From: Perkinsela sp. CCAP 1560/9
Taxonomy: Eukaryota; Protista; Euglenozoa: Kinetoplastea
Direction of reading: 5' to 3'
Length of the DNA: 64,000 bases
NCBI GenBank assembly: GCA_965644495.1
Contig: CBFFSA010000001.1
Span: forward strand, 2,170,001 to 2,234,000
Numbering within the stretch: position 1 is the stretch's first letter; the number at the start of each line of letters is the position of its first letter. The notes beneath the pieces are model-generated. The model did no database searches and was not told the DNA's origin. It saw only the letters and a list, made by a program, of their open reading frames with translations. Of the stretch, positions 11,295-21,870 are shown one piece after another. A program made the position numbers and the translations under genes.

Positions 11295-12035
11295 ACATTT
11301 TTCTTTTTTAGGCTCTTAGTTAAACGCGGTGGTTGTTTTCAACTTAGAAGTCACTCGTGCTGCTCGCTTTGCGTTGAAAACTACCTCCGCGTGTAACGAA
11401 GAGCCTAAAAAAGAAAAACCGCCAAAAGATCATGAATAATCTATTTTTTTGGGTGAAAAAGCTGGATTTTTCGGCAAGAATTTCGAAATTTCAACCCGAA
11501 TTTGGGACGTTTTTGATGCCTTACCAGTAGCGTCAGGAGTCGAATCTGTCGAAAAAAACGTCGTAGAATGGCAGCTGAGGTGCAAAACTCTTAAAATACG
11601 TTTTAGGAGTCAATTTTGGAAAACTAAATTTTTACTTTTTTTTTGTGTCTAAAAAAAACAATTTTGGTCACCCCAAAAATTTCGGAAATTTTGACTTTGT
11701 CGGACCCCTCCCGCGCGTACCAGGGGGGGTACCCCCAGGTGGGGGTGGAAAGTCATCGACGCGGCCTACTCTACCACTTCCCTGCGCTCGATTTCGAAAA
11801 GCAAAAAATTCGAAAAAAGATTCGCGACGTATGCCCCCCATGGACCCCCCCCATGGACCCCCCATTTTTTTCAATTTCTTTTTTCAATTTTGGACCACCG
11901 GAGCCCCCTTTTATATTTTTTTCTTCTATTATAAACTTCTATTATTACTGTGTTCCTCTTTATATTTTCACTGTTTTTGTTCACTTTTTTTTCAATAATC
12001 GAGGGTAGAGCGGTAGTTATACAACCACCGCAATC
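11295..12035. mobile_element. Dispersed composite repeat, family A, headed by a ~100-bp mini-MITE (TAGGCTCTT(C/A)GTTAAACGCG...CGAAGAGCCTA, 11309-11407)
   Basis: Closely similar copy at 47960-48724. Parts recur at 40720-41860, 52486-52555, 55275-56070, 57960-58400 and 59620-59750. Confidence 0.85.
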
Positions 12036-12177
12036 GTTTTTTTAAACGCAATTTAGATTTTGTATTTTGGAGCATAGTTTCTGGCATATCTATTTTTGTT
12101 TTCAGATTATGTAAGCATACAAGAAGACCAAAAGCCTCTTAGTTTGAATTTTGTTTATCTCTGAAAGAAAACTAAAA

Positions 12178-15100
12178 ATGAGTTCTGATTTTACCGATAT
12201 TCCGCACTCTAGTCGAAGTGAAGAGATGACGCAAAATTTAACAACTTCCGTAAATAGCACACTTCTTTCCGCTCAGGCTGAACCTTACATCCCATCTTCC
12301 TCTGTTCGCATAAAGCCTTCTCCACCATCCAAAATGTCGAGCTCTCGCAAATCGCGCACTAAAACTAAATTAAAGAATGCCGTTAATCTACCTCCCTTCT
12401 CCTTCCCCGTATTGCCCACCCTCTCACAAACGCCAAACCCAATCCCTTCTTTTGGACTGGCTCATCCCCCCGTTCTCTCCCTCTCCTCTGGGTTTGCTTC
12501 CCCCGGTTCCCACAGCACGACTCGATCCTTTCGCTCGGAAACACCTTCCACTCAGCTCCCTTTCCCATCTCTTCCCCTCCCCACCTCGACATCCTTTACT
12601 CCCTTTTCCCACCCTTTTGGTTTCGGTCTTCCTTCTCTCTTTGCGACCCCCTCGGCGAATTTGTCTTCCATAGGCACCACTCCCTCCATCCCGCTCTCTA
12701 CTACCCCCACTAAACCTCAAAATATTCCCCTCATGCCCTTTCTCACCCCATTACCTCATCGAACCTCTCAAATCAAAATATCGACAGACCGCGTCGATCC
12801 TATGTTGACCCCTCCCGCACTGTCAACCGTGTCGGCTTCACAAAAAGCTGAGTCCTCAATCAATACGCCTTCTTTAAATGCATGTATGACTTCTTCCTTA
12901 AATGCTTCTTCAAAAGGTCTTTTTCCGCATCTTCCCGACAATACTACTGCAATGGAATCTCAACACGACACCTCCCCGAGTCGTTTTCTCGCCTATCAAA
13001 CACCTCAACCCAAGACGTACCCCAAAAAGAAGAACGAAAGAACAAACTCCAAAAAGAAATCAGTCTCTCCTCACTCTATCCATCCCACTCCAAATAGGGC
13101 AGCAAACATTTTCACACATTCCCCCGAAAAACAACAAAACCTTTTTCCTTCCAACACAGCGCCATTTTCAACCCTCCACAACGAAACCACACAAACCGAA
13201 CCTCCTTTGATTCAAACCAGCCCAATGGCGCCAAGACATTTTAAGTCGCCTTCTCCCCCTGCTGTCATTCTCCTCCTCGGGGTCTGTGGCAGCGGCAAGA
13301 CCACCCAGGGACGGTTGCTGGCCCGCAACCACCCGTTTTTATTTTTCAGCGGAGGGGAGACGCTGCGGCAGTTGTCCACACAAACCACACACAACTGGTC
13401 ACTTCGTGTGCTCGCGAGTGAGGCGCTGGCGGCACAGTTAGCGCTGCTGGGGAAACCGGAGAGCGCGTACGGCAGTTCTAAAATGGAGGCTAAGCACGCA
13501 AGTAGAAATACAAGTAGATATAGAGGCATTGTGATTGACCGTCAGGGGAAATCTGTAGAGGACTTTTGTTATCTATTGCACACCTTGCGTTCCAATGGGT
13601 TAAGGTTAAATGCGGTGGCGGTGTTAGCCCTGCAGGGGGAGATTGCAAAAGAACGTATGATGCGGCGGGAAGAGGAGGAAAAGGGAGAGAGGAAAAACAA
13701 AGAGGAGAAAAAGGGGGGAGTCGAGGCGGCAAGACCCGAAAGCGGCGACGCATATGCGATTGGGGAGCGCATCAAGGCGACGGAAGCACTGACCCGACGT
13801 TGTGTGCGGTTTATTTCGCAAGTGGAGAGATCTCGAGAGTTGGTGTGTGTTGTGGATACCACAGATAGCGTAGAATTGTCTCATCAAACGCTTTGTTTTT
13901 CTGTGGCGCATTTGTTCACGCCAAGTATTCAACAGCAGGTTGCTGAAATTGATTTTTTCCCGCAGTTCATAGTGGGACCCATTGAACTTGTAGAGAGTTC
14001 AAAAGAATATGCCGAGGTCTTGGATCGCCTATTGCATTTGCTCGCATGTGAGAAGGCAACGAAGTTTCCCGGAACTGTCACAAGTCACTACGCAACGAAG
14101 AAATTTTTAGAGGAGCGTCAGATTTCATCCCATCGCACTGATTATCGTATCTTTCACCGATATGAGGGTCTACGATGTCTTTGTCTGATCTCACCCAACA
14201 CCCCTGGAGGTTATCTTATTCCTCGGCACATGAAATGCATTTATCGAATTCGATCCGGAGTGTGGAATGAGGATCCCTTTGTGAAGCAGAAATTAACGAC
14301 TCTAGATGGAGATTTCATCTTGGACGGAGAACTGGTTCCTATTTGTGCTTCAGGCTTCCCCGGTCACCCCCTTCAGTGGACACGTCCCGACAGTGGGATA
14401 TCCTCTTTTTTATATTCCGTCTCTGACCTTCTTATGTCTAATGGTCAGCTGGTCACACGTCGGTCCTGGGAGGAACGTCACTCGCTTCTTAACCAAATAC
14501 TTCACGTGGAGAATGAATTTCTCACGAGTTTGCTTCATACTTCACGTGTTTCTTTTTTGTTCTTGTCTAAAGGTGCCTTTCGGATTTCACAAGTCGAGGA
14601 GGCCTTGGAAAACACTCATCGCATTCCAGAGTTAAAAGTGGAAAGTTATTTTTTTCAACACAACGGGGAGTACCGCATGGGATGGGACGAGAACATTGCC
14701 ATTTGGAAGCCACTGCATTTGCTTAGCTTTGATTTTCGCGTTGGGGATGTGCAATCACTTGAGGATAACGCAACCGCTCGGCTTTCTCTCGAATGTTTGG
14801 TCCATGAGTCAGGAACGCGTGCACGATACGTCCAGATTCCTCTCCCCGATGTTGTCGAGGCTCCGCTGCACGAAACAACGCGATTTGATCTTGATTTTGG
14901 CTCCATTGTGGAGTGCACACTATTTGCCAGAGTCGATGGATCGTATATTCGTCAACTTCACTTTCTTCGCGTGAACTACGAGAAAACAGCGTCCGGCACC
15001 AAATCTCAACTGGACGAGCTAAGTCACCTACGGCTTCATCTAGCAACGAAGGCCGATTTAGCACATTTCTTGACCTTCAGAAACGCTGTGAGTACTTCTC

Positions 15101-16098
15101 CTGCCCACTCCCCTGCGGCTTCACAAATTCATCGATCGCAATGGGGTACTCGAGGGCTTGTCGACGCGCATCTCTCTCCGTCATTTCAATCTCCTTCAAC
15201 CCGCTCTCCTATATTATTTGCCTCCAATCGTCCACGATCGGGGCTTGTGAATTCATCTCTACGTGAGATGACTACCTCACAAACGAGTGAAAACAAAATC
15301 AAAGCAGAATCACAAGCTTTACAAAACGAATACGCACAAATCTCAACAAAAAGGGAATCAGAAGAGGAAATACAACCTCTTGTCGCTCCTATTTTTGAAA
15401 TGGACACAAGAAGTTCGTCGATGTCCAGTCATTCCTCCACCCGAGATATCTCACCCGAGTTCGGGGTTCTGCCGTCTTCCTATGCGAGAGCTCTTGATCC
15501 TTCCTCGGTGAGTCATCTCTCTTCAACCAGCAACCAAATCGTATCTACAAATTCTGAAAAAACTAGCACAGTTTTTGGGACTAAAAAATCTTCATGTGAA
15601 ACAAATGCTACGAAAAATTTCAGCCCTGAAACGAGCAAACACAGAAATTCCAATACAAAACCAATGCAAACGAAACGAGAGCCACAACCCGAAACTGACG
15701 CCTCTCAAGTGGCTTCTGAAACGAATCGTTTGGCAATTTCCTCTGCCTCCGACAAACCTAAAACGGGTCCACGAAAATGTATGGAATGCGACAAACCAGC
15801 TCCTGGGCGCACCGACGACCGGTCGGCGACATCCGGGATGTTTTACTGTTTCTCTTGCTGGCGAAAATACGGCCAAGACCACTGCCACGGGTGCCGAAAG
15901 TTTCGTGAGGTTCACCCATGGAAAGGGTATAGTGTCTGCAGGGGCTGTTCTCACCTGTACGGGTGTTGTTCTGCCTGTGGAAAACCGCGAAAAGGCAGGG
16001 AAGACGCGGATGCCAAGTTTTACTGCGACCATTGTTGGTCGGAGTATAGGTACGAATGGAGTAATTACAAATCCAAGCATCGAAATTCGAAAAAATAG
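12178..16098 (+). CDS. TbCE1-like capping enzyme homolog: adenylate-kinase-like P-loop domain, RNA guanylyltransferase fold and C-terminal Zn fingers
   Basis: P-loop GVCGSGKTTQG and GIVID. GTase motifs: I-like RYEGLR, III FILDGELV, IIIa LYSVSDLL, V IWKP, followed by SFDF and IVEC. Repeated CxxC pairs (FYCFSCW, FYCDHCW). Confidence 0.8.
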   Translation: MSSDFTDIPHSSRSEEMTQNLTTSVNSTLLSAQAEPYIPSSSVRIKPSPPSKMSSSRKSRTKTKLKNAVNLPPFSFPVLPTLSQTPNPIPSFGLAHPPVLSLSSGFASPGSHSTTRSFRSETPSTQLPFPSLPLPTSTSFTPFSHPFGFGLPSLFATPSANLSSIGTTPSIPLSTTPTKPQNIPLMPFLTPLPHRTSQIKISTDRVDPMLTPPALSTVSASQKAESSINTPSLNACMTSSLNASSKGLFPHLPDNTTAMESQHDTSPSRFLAYQTPQPKTYPKKKNERTNSKKKSVSPHSIHPTPNRAANIFTHSPEKQQNLFPSNTAPFSTLHNETTQTEPPLIQTSPMAPRHFKSPSPPAVILLLGVCGSGKTTQGRLLARNHPFLFFSGGETLRQLSTQTTHNWSLRVLASEALAAQLALLGKPESAYGSSKMEAKHASRNTSRYRGIVIDRQGKSVEDFCYLLHTLRSNGLRLNAVAVLALQGEIAKERMMRREEEEKGERKNKEEKKGGVEAARPESGDAYAIGERIKATEALTRRCVRFISQVERSRELVCVVDTTDSVELSHQTLCFSVAHLFTPSIQQQVAEIDFFPQFIVGPIELVESSKEYAEVLDRLLHLLACEKATKFPGTVTSHYATKKFLEERQISSHRTDYRIFHRYEGLRCLCLISPNTPGGYLIPRHMKCIYRIRSGVWNEDPFVKQKLTTLDGDFILDGELVPICASGFPGHPLQWTRPDSGISSFLYSVSDLLMSNGQLVTRRSWEERHSLLNQILHVENEFLTSLLHTSRVSFLFLSKGAFRISQVEEALENTHRIPELKVESYFFQHNGEYRMGWDENIAIWKPLHLLSFDFRVGDVQSLEDNATARLSLECLVHESGTRARYVQIPLPDVVEAPLHETTRFDLDFGSIVECTLFARVDGSYIRQLHFLRVNYEKTASGTKSQLDELSHLRLHLATKADLAHFLTFRNAVSTSPAHSPAASQIHRSQWGTRGLVDAHLSPSFQSPSTRSPILFASNRPRSGLVNSSLREMTTSQTSENKIKAESQALQNEYAQISTKRESEEEIQPLVAPIFEMDTRSSSMSSHSSTRDISPEFGVLPSSYARALDPSSVSHLSSTSNQIVSTNSEKTSTVFGTKKSSCETNATKNFSPETSKHRNSNTKPMQTKREPQPETDASQVASETNRLAISSASDKPKTGPRKCMECDKPAPGRTDDRSATSGMFYCFSCWRKYGQDHCHGCRKFREVHPWKGYSVCRGCSHLYGCCSACGKPRKGREDADAKFYCDHCWSEYRYEWSNYKSKHRNSKK

Positions 16099-16787
16099 GT
16101 GAAGGGAGCGGAGCGTCATAAAAACCGCGAAGAGCGCATTGATTAGTCATAAACGCGAAGAGTGGAGAATACAGTGTATATACAGAATACGTATGTACCC
16201 CTAAGGGAGCACCTAACGCCTATAATACTGGATTTGTAACCCTCTTTTTTCCGCCAACACAAATGTTTAGTAGCATTCACTGACCCGTTTTCATTTAATT
16301 AAGCACTTCCGCACTCTTTGTAGTGCTATATGATGCTTTACATACATGTATGTACATACGATTGTTTGTCTTCTTTTCTCAACCTCGACTTTAGCTATTT
16401 GACTATACGTGGAGTATGGAATATAGCTTTTAGCTTTGTCATTCGTGTTTTTTCTATCTTTTTCTTTTCTCGAGAGGTTTATTATGAATTGTAAATCATA
16501 AACTTATTTTTTATCCGATAAACGGTGTACTATTTGAAAGCAAGACTTGGAAAGGTGTTACTTTTCCAGCTTCTTCCTTCAGTAGTTTGTGCATAAGAAA
16601 TGTTTTATTTTTTCCTAAACACTTCAAAGTTTATTAGCCTAAAAAGTTTAAAACCTAAATGGTTCAAATTTTCTTTCGCTGTTTCTAAGAAATTGATTAA
16701 TGAAAAAAAGCTTTGTACTCCTAAGCTATAGTCGTTTTTCTGACTCTATTTTCTAGTTTTTTTCTGCATTGTACACAACATGCCTTC

Positions 16788-18701
16788 ATGATCGCTTCTA
16801 AAGTCAAAGAATTCGCATCATCTTCTCAAACTGTTGAGGAGTTTTTATCTCTTTATTCCTCACAGCATTCCCTTTCAGTTCTCCAAAAGGAAATTAATGC
16901 TTTAAAAACTGATCTGAATAGCCAAAAAAATGAAAAGCTACGCGCTATATGGTTTGATCTCGTCTGTCCATTCTTAGAAGATGCTCCAAGTATTGGGCGG
17001 GAAATTGACATTTTGGTTCAAACGATATCGCGCGAACTGAAAGATGTTGCTCACGTAGCTTCAAAAACTATCGCATTGCATCCCGATGCTCATTTCACTA
17101 AAAAAGTTAACAGGAGCGACTCGTCTTCCCCAGACATTAACAGTACCTTATCCGAACTTAAAGCTTTACAAGCCGCCAATCAGCCAGTACAACTTCCACT
17201 TTTACAGGAGGCATTGCTTTGCATAGAGATAAGCAAAATGGATGCTTTTTCACAGTGTAGCACAGAGTCAGAAGCTGAAGCAAATGTGTCTCAGCTTCTG
17301 AGGTCCTACTCCTTTCATTTGGATAAATATTTTGTGAAATGTTGTCTCGAAAAAGAACAAAATTCCTACCACACATGCCTTGCGCTATATTTCAACGCGG
17401 GGTTGGTTTCGCACGCACAACACACATTTCGACAAGAAATCCTTTTACCTTATGTTTCCAATTTATCGAACCGCGTTGACATTTCCTGTAGAAATGTTTT
17501 ACTTCGTGTATCCAAAGAATTGCACGACACCTTTTCTTCCCTGATCAATGCCTCCCACAAAGTATCCAATACGTTTTTTCTTGCCGGTCTTTGCCTATGG
17601 CCTATTCTTTCCGAGCATATTATGGATCACTACACAGAAGTGTTTGCGTTTGACGACGCTCCTTCATTCATCGAAAGAGGCCAACAAAGCACTACTTTTA
17701 TTAAATGCATTTCTTCACTCTGTCAAAGTTCGACCGAGAGAGACGAAATGCTTTCTAGTCCACAAAAAATACGGTGGGATCAAAAGTGGGAGATGAATTC
17801 ATATTGTGAGGCACTGGCGAGAATTTTAGAAGTTAATACCGTGCGCATTTCGAAGGTGAATTCATCAGAAGACCTCGTTGAAATTTTTCGTTCTGCGTTT
17901 GATCTTTTTCGTCCCTCATTCTTCATATTGGAATTGGCTGGCCGTCTCACCCACTTAACCTTCTTAGCGCTGCAGCGAATGACCAAAGCGATACATGAAC
18001 TTACTTTTCTGCAACTTGATTCGTCGTCCGCAACCTTCGAATATTTTTATTCTTTTTTGACCTTTTTACACTCTTTCCCGAATTGGTTTCCAGAAATTGT
18101 GTGTGATACACTCGACAAATCTCTCGTTTTGGAGGTTCAAACTATTGTTTTGAGTGAGTATCTCCTACCTGTATGCAATGACTTTCGCCATCAGCTTTTT
18201 AATCAGATTAAAGCCGAATGCTCCAAGGAGTTGCCTACTATTTCTTCCTTCACCGAACAGCATACCGCTGAACAAACATTCGAACTTCATGCTAGTTTGA
18301 TTTATGTAGAAAAGCTCTGGAATCCGATTCTTCGATTCTGTGAGCGCATCGAGAAATCTTCTGTTCCGTTTCAAACTGAGGCAAAGCAACTTGCCTGGGT
18401 TGAGCATATTTCCTCGCAGCTTGCTGAAATATATCACGACAAGGTATCCGAGGTGTGGGTGACTTGTTGCAATGCAGAAAGAAGGTTTGACGCATATTGT
18501 GCGCGATATCAGATTGTATCATCACCTACGAGTCCTTTGTTGAATGGAAATACAGCCCGGGTGCGCTTCCAGCTACGGCGAGATATTGAGTGCTTTCTCG
18601 CTATTTTTACTCGTGTTACAAATATGAGTGTCGAAAATGCTTCCTATCGCATTCTGCGTTCTTTACTTGATGAATTATTCTTGCCGAATGAGATTTCGTA
18701 A
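16788..18701 (+). CDS. COG2: Conserved oligomeric Golgi complex subunit 2-like
   Basis: N-terminal coiled coil (SLSVLQKEINALKTDL). COG2-like segments LWP...VFAFDDAPSF...WDQKWEMNSY, YVEKLWNPI and RVRFQLRRDI. Confidence 0.65.
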   Translation: MIASKVKEFASSSQTVEEFLSLYSSQHSLSVLQKEINALKTDLNSQKNEKLRAIWFDLVCPFLEDAPSIGREIDILVQTISRELKDVAHVASKTIALHPDAHFTKKVNRSDSSSPDINSTLSELKALQAANQPVQLPLLQEALLCIEISKMDAFSQCSTESEAEANVSQLLRSYSFHLDKYFVKCCLEKEQNSYHTCLALYFNAGLVSHAQHTFRQEILLPYVSNLSNRVDISCRNVLLRVSKELHDTFSSLINASHKVSNTFFLAGLCLWPILSEHIMDHYTEVFAFDDAPSFIERGQQSTTFIKCISSLCQSSTERDEMLSSPQKIRWDQKWEMNSYCEALARILEVNTVRISKVNSSEDLVEIFRSAFDLFRPSFFILELAGRLTHLTFLALQRMTKAIHELTFLQLDSSSATFEYFYSFLTFLHSFPNWFPEIVCDTLDKSLVLEVQTIVLSEYLLPVCNDFRHQLFNQIKAECSKELPTISSFTEQHTAEQTFELHASLIYVEKLWNPILRFCERIEKSSVPFQTEAKQLAWVEHISSQLAEIYHDKVSEVWVTCCNAERRFDAYCARYQIVSSPTSPLLNGNTARVRFQLRRDIECFLAIFTRVTNMSVENASYRILRSLLDELFLPNEIS

Positions 18702-19144
18702 CCCCCTTGCTCATAAACCTCGCGTCACGAAAAGTGACTCCCACTTTTTCTCTTGCAAGTGTCCAACTGAGCTAATTTTTGTTGCATTTTGAAGATCTCA
18801 ACGCAAAGACTTTGCGCTTTAAGAAACGGAATAACAATCTCGAATGTGTATCTCTGAAAAGAGAATTACCACTTTTTCGCCCTCTTTAAAATACCGACTT
18901 CTTCACTCTTTCAAAAATGAAAGTTTTAAAAAAACTGTTCTATGTTTTTTTTGTTTTTCAAAGATACACCCCAGCCACATTTTTTTGGCGTTTTTGTGTA
19001 ATTTTTGGATTTCTTAATATAGCTGTGCCTTCTTAATATACGTATACCTTCGTAATATACCGGGGGGTATGGTAAGCTGGGCAGTGGTTTAGTTCATATG
19101 TGAATTCTTCTCTGCACTCTTTTTTCTTTCGTACACACTTTTCA

Positions 19145-19960
19145 ATGGGTGTACAGTTCAGCTCTCCGAGTAGCGTCGAAGGATTTCAGGTTGTGCACGT
19201 TAAACCTGAGACACCCGCACACCGCTGTGGCTTACTTCCTTACTTTGATTTTATTCTTTCCGTTGACGATATGCCTTTGGATGCAGAGAATAAACACTTG
19301 TTTCCAGCTCACATAGGACGAAAAGTCGACAACGAAGAAGTGGACCTTAAAGTCTATAATCTCAAAGTGAAACAAAGTCGCAATGTTTCCTTGGCTCTTG
19401 GCCGATCGTCTTCGGGTCAGGGTGAGATGGGGTGTAGTGTTACGTGGAATAGTGTGGAAAACGCAGAACAATGTGTTTGGCACGTGACAAGTGTCGCATC
19501 AGAAAGTGCAGCTGCGCAGGCGGGTATTCTCTCAGAGCGTCATTTTCTGTTGGGCATGGAAATATTGAGCCTCGTTGAGGAGAAATCTAGGCCAATGATG
19601 CTGTTTTCAAAGCCATCCGACTTTCGTGAACGTCTGGAAAAGTGGAGCGCACAGCGAATCCGTCTGTTACCTAAATGCCACGAGAAGTCGGGGAAAATTT
19701 TGTTTCTTGTGTATGATACGATTACCAACACAATTTCCGAAGTTTGTCTTGTTCTTCAAGATATTTCTCTTGGAATAGATGTCGGTAATGGTTATATGCA
19801 CTCTATTCCAGTTTCGACACAGCTTCCTCTCTTAGAGACTTTTCATGAAAATAATAGAGTTGATACGAGCCTTCCACATGTCCCAGAATCTTCTTCATCT
19901 AGCCTTGCTGACCAGCCCACATATTCTGATTCTTTCAATAATTTTAGACCAACAATATGA
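19145..19960 (+). CDS. GRASP: Golgi reassembly stacking protein (GRASP55/65, tandem PDZ-like)
   Basis: MG start (myristoylation site), GFQVVHV...TPA..GLLPYFDFI, VWHVTSV, LGIDVGNGYMHSIP. Confidence 0.85.
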   Translation: MGVQFSSPSSVEGFQVVHVKPETPAHRCGLLPYFDFILSVDDMPLDAENKHLFPAHIGRKVDNEEVDLKVYNLKVKQSRNVSLALGRSSSGQGEMGCSVTWNSVENAEQCVWHVTSVASESAAAQAGILSERHFLLGMEILSLVEEKSRPMMLFSKPSDFRERLEKWSAQRIRLLPKCHEKSGKILFLVYDTITNTISEVCLVLQDISLGIDVGNGYMHSIPVSTQLPLLETFHENNRVDTSLPHVPESSSSSLADQPTYSDSFNNFRPTI

Positions 19961-20099
19961 AATGATAATCAGCTTTGAACGTCTTTGAAAACCATTTTAC
20001 CTATTTTTGTAGGGTAATACTACTCCATAATACCACAACAACTGCTGTATTCGATTCTCTCGAACCTCTATCATAGTCTCATTCTCTTAACGTGGTGTA

Positions 20100-20775
20100 A
20101 TGTTCTTACTACCGTTTGCAGACAACTCAGCTCCTGTCTCAAAAAGACGTAAAACTGAAAGCGCTTTCTCAGACTCCGCCTCCCCAATCCCCAAAACAAC
20201 TGCATCCAAAGTCCGGGGCGTCGCACTTCCCCAAGAATTTGAAATGGATTACTTTTTACGCAACATTACAAATCGTCATCCCTCATGGAACACTGATCGG
20301 TCCCTTTGTAAGTGGGAAGGTGTCCTGTGTTGGAAGGAAGGAAAGGTGTCTGAGGTTCGCTGGGGGAATTATCCGATTGACGGTACCCTTTGGTGGGACA
20401 GCACACCCCACTCCTTGCTGCGTCTTGAATTACACTGCGGTATATTCCGTGAAAACGCTCTTTGCGGTGATGTGAAGCTCGCTGCTCTCCCGGACTCTCT
20501 GGAGCGACTCTATCTATGGGGTCAATCCTTTTCAGGAGAAATTGATACTCGTAGCTTGCCTCGCTCTCTGCTCATATTGCAGGCATATCTCAACAAGTTC
20601 TCAGGAAGTCTTGACCTCACAATCCTTCCCTCTGGACTGTTTCAAGCGTTTCTTAACAACAATCAATTTGAAGGAGAAATTAATCTCCGTGTGTTGCCAG
20701 CGTCATTGGAACAGCTAAGCCTTTCGTGGAATCATTTTACCGGTATTGTGGATATTTCTTCCCTTCCAGAAGTCA
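20100..20775 (+). pseudogene. LRR-family gene truncated by a retroelement insertion
   Basis: CKWEGVLC cap and 5-6 LRRs. LRR periodicity stops at about 20775, where the RLE frame begins. Confidence 0.75.
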
Positions 20776-21530
20776 TGTTCTCGCTCTGCCATAAATGGGA
20801 TCCGGAATGCGAAGATCTCCCGCTTTGTAGCATCCGTCATGACTCTTACACCGCTCCCTTCCCGAGCAGCGCTTGTTCAATGGGGCCGCAGCACCTACAG
20901 TAACATGAAATGCCCTATTTGCAACGACCGAGTGCAAACCGTCAGACACACCCTTTCCGCCTGCACCACTTCACTTCAGCAAGGACGATATACTTTCCGT
21001 CATAACCTTGTCCTTGCCGAATTTGCGAAACATATTAGGGAAGCACAGGGAACTGAGTTTTCATATTTCGACCTACCAGGAGAGCGTAACCCACCAGCTT
21101 GGCTGAGGGAACACGATACACTGCTCCGTCCCGACGGTTACATTAAACTTCACAATGGGACAGAGTTCCTCATCGAACTCACAGTCCCATGGGAGGAGAA
21201 TGCGGAGAACGCTCATCGGAGAAAATCCGAGAAGTACAACATCCTTTTACATACACGGCGACAGGAAAACCCGGACACCTACATAATAGCCTTTGAAATA
21301 GGTGCCCGGGGATTCCCCAATGGGTCATGCAAATATATTAATGCCATCTTTAACGGCGACCATATTTTGGCCACAAAGTGTCGAGAAAGCATGACACAGA
21401 TGGCCCTCAGGGGGAGTTACATACTCTGGGCTCGCCGAAATGAGGCGACATGGTCGGAGGAGGAAACGTATTGACATTATCTTCTAAAAAGGGGGCAATC
21501 CCGTTGAATGCGGGTCATACCCCCGACTTA
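20775..21530 (+). mobile_element. 3' fragment of an RLE-type non-LTR retrotransposon (HERO/NeSL/R4-like)
   Basis: Zn knuckle CPIC...TVRHTLSAC, then RYTFRHNLVL, LRPDGYI, LIELTVPWEEN, KSEKY and FEIGARG (restriction-like endonuclease). Stop at 21474, then a GGGGG...CCCCC hairpin. Confidence 0.85.
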
Positions 21531-21870
21531 CTCTACTGGAAAGTATGAAAAAATAAAATCTTAGAGGAAATAATTTTGAAAGCATTGTACCCCTCCCCTT
21601 TCCCGACTTCGTGGAAGTGGGAGATACACGTGTAAGTACATGGCGAAAACACATTCCTGGAAAATAAAAGAGTAAAAGGCGTACCTTTAAAAAAAATCTT
21701 TGAATTTCTGAACGTTAACGCAAAAGGGGAATCCGTTTTTTTATGCCTCGTTGGAAACAGTGTAGGCTTCCTATCTTTTTTTCTCTGTTTAAGGGTACAT
21801 GTCAAACTATCGAAAAGCAACTCGATTTTTTTTCTAGCCTTCGCTCATTTATTTCTTTTTACTTGTCAGC

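Noticed and set aside
11449-12008. Short ORFs in family-A repeats (also 40682-41937, 48093-48737, 55162-56021)
   Set aside because: Low-complexity translations of non-coding dispersed repeats.
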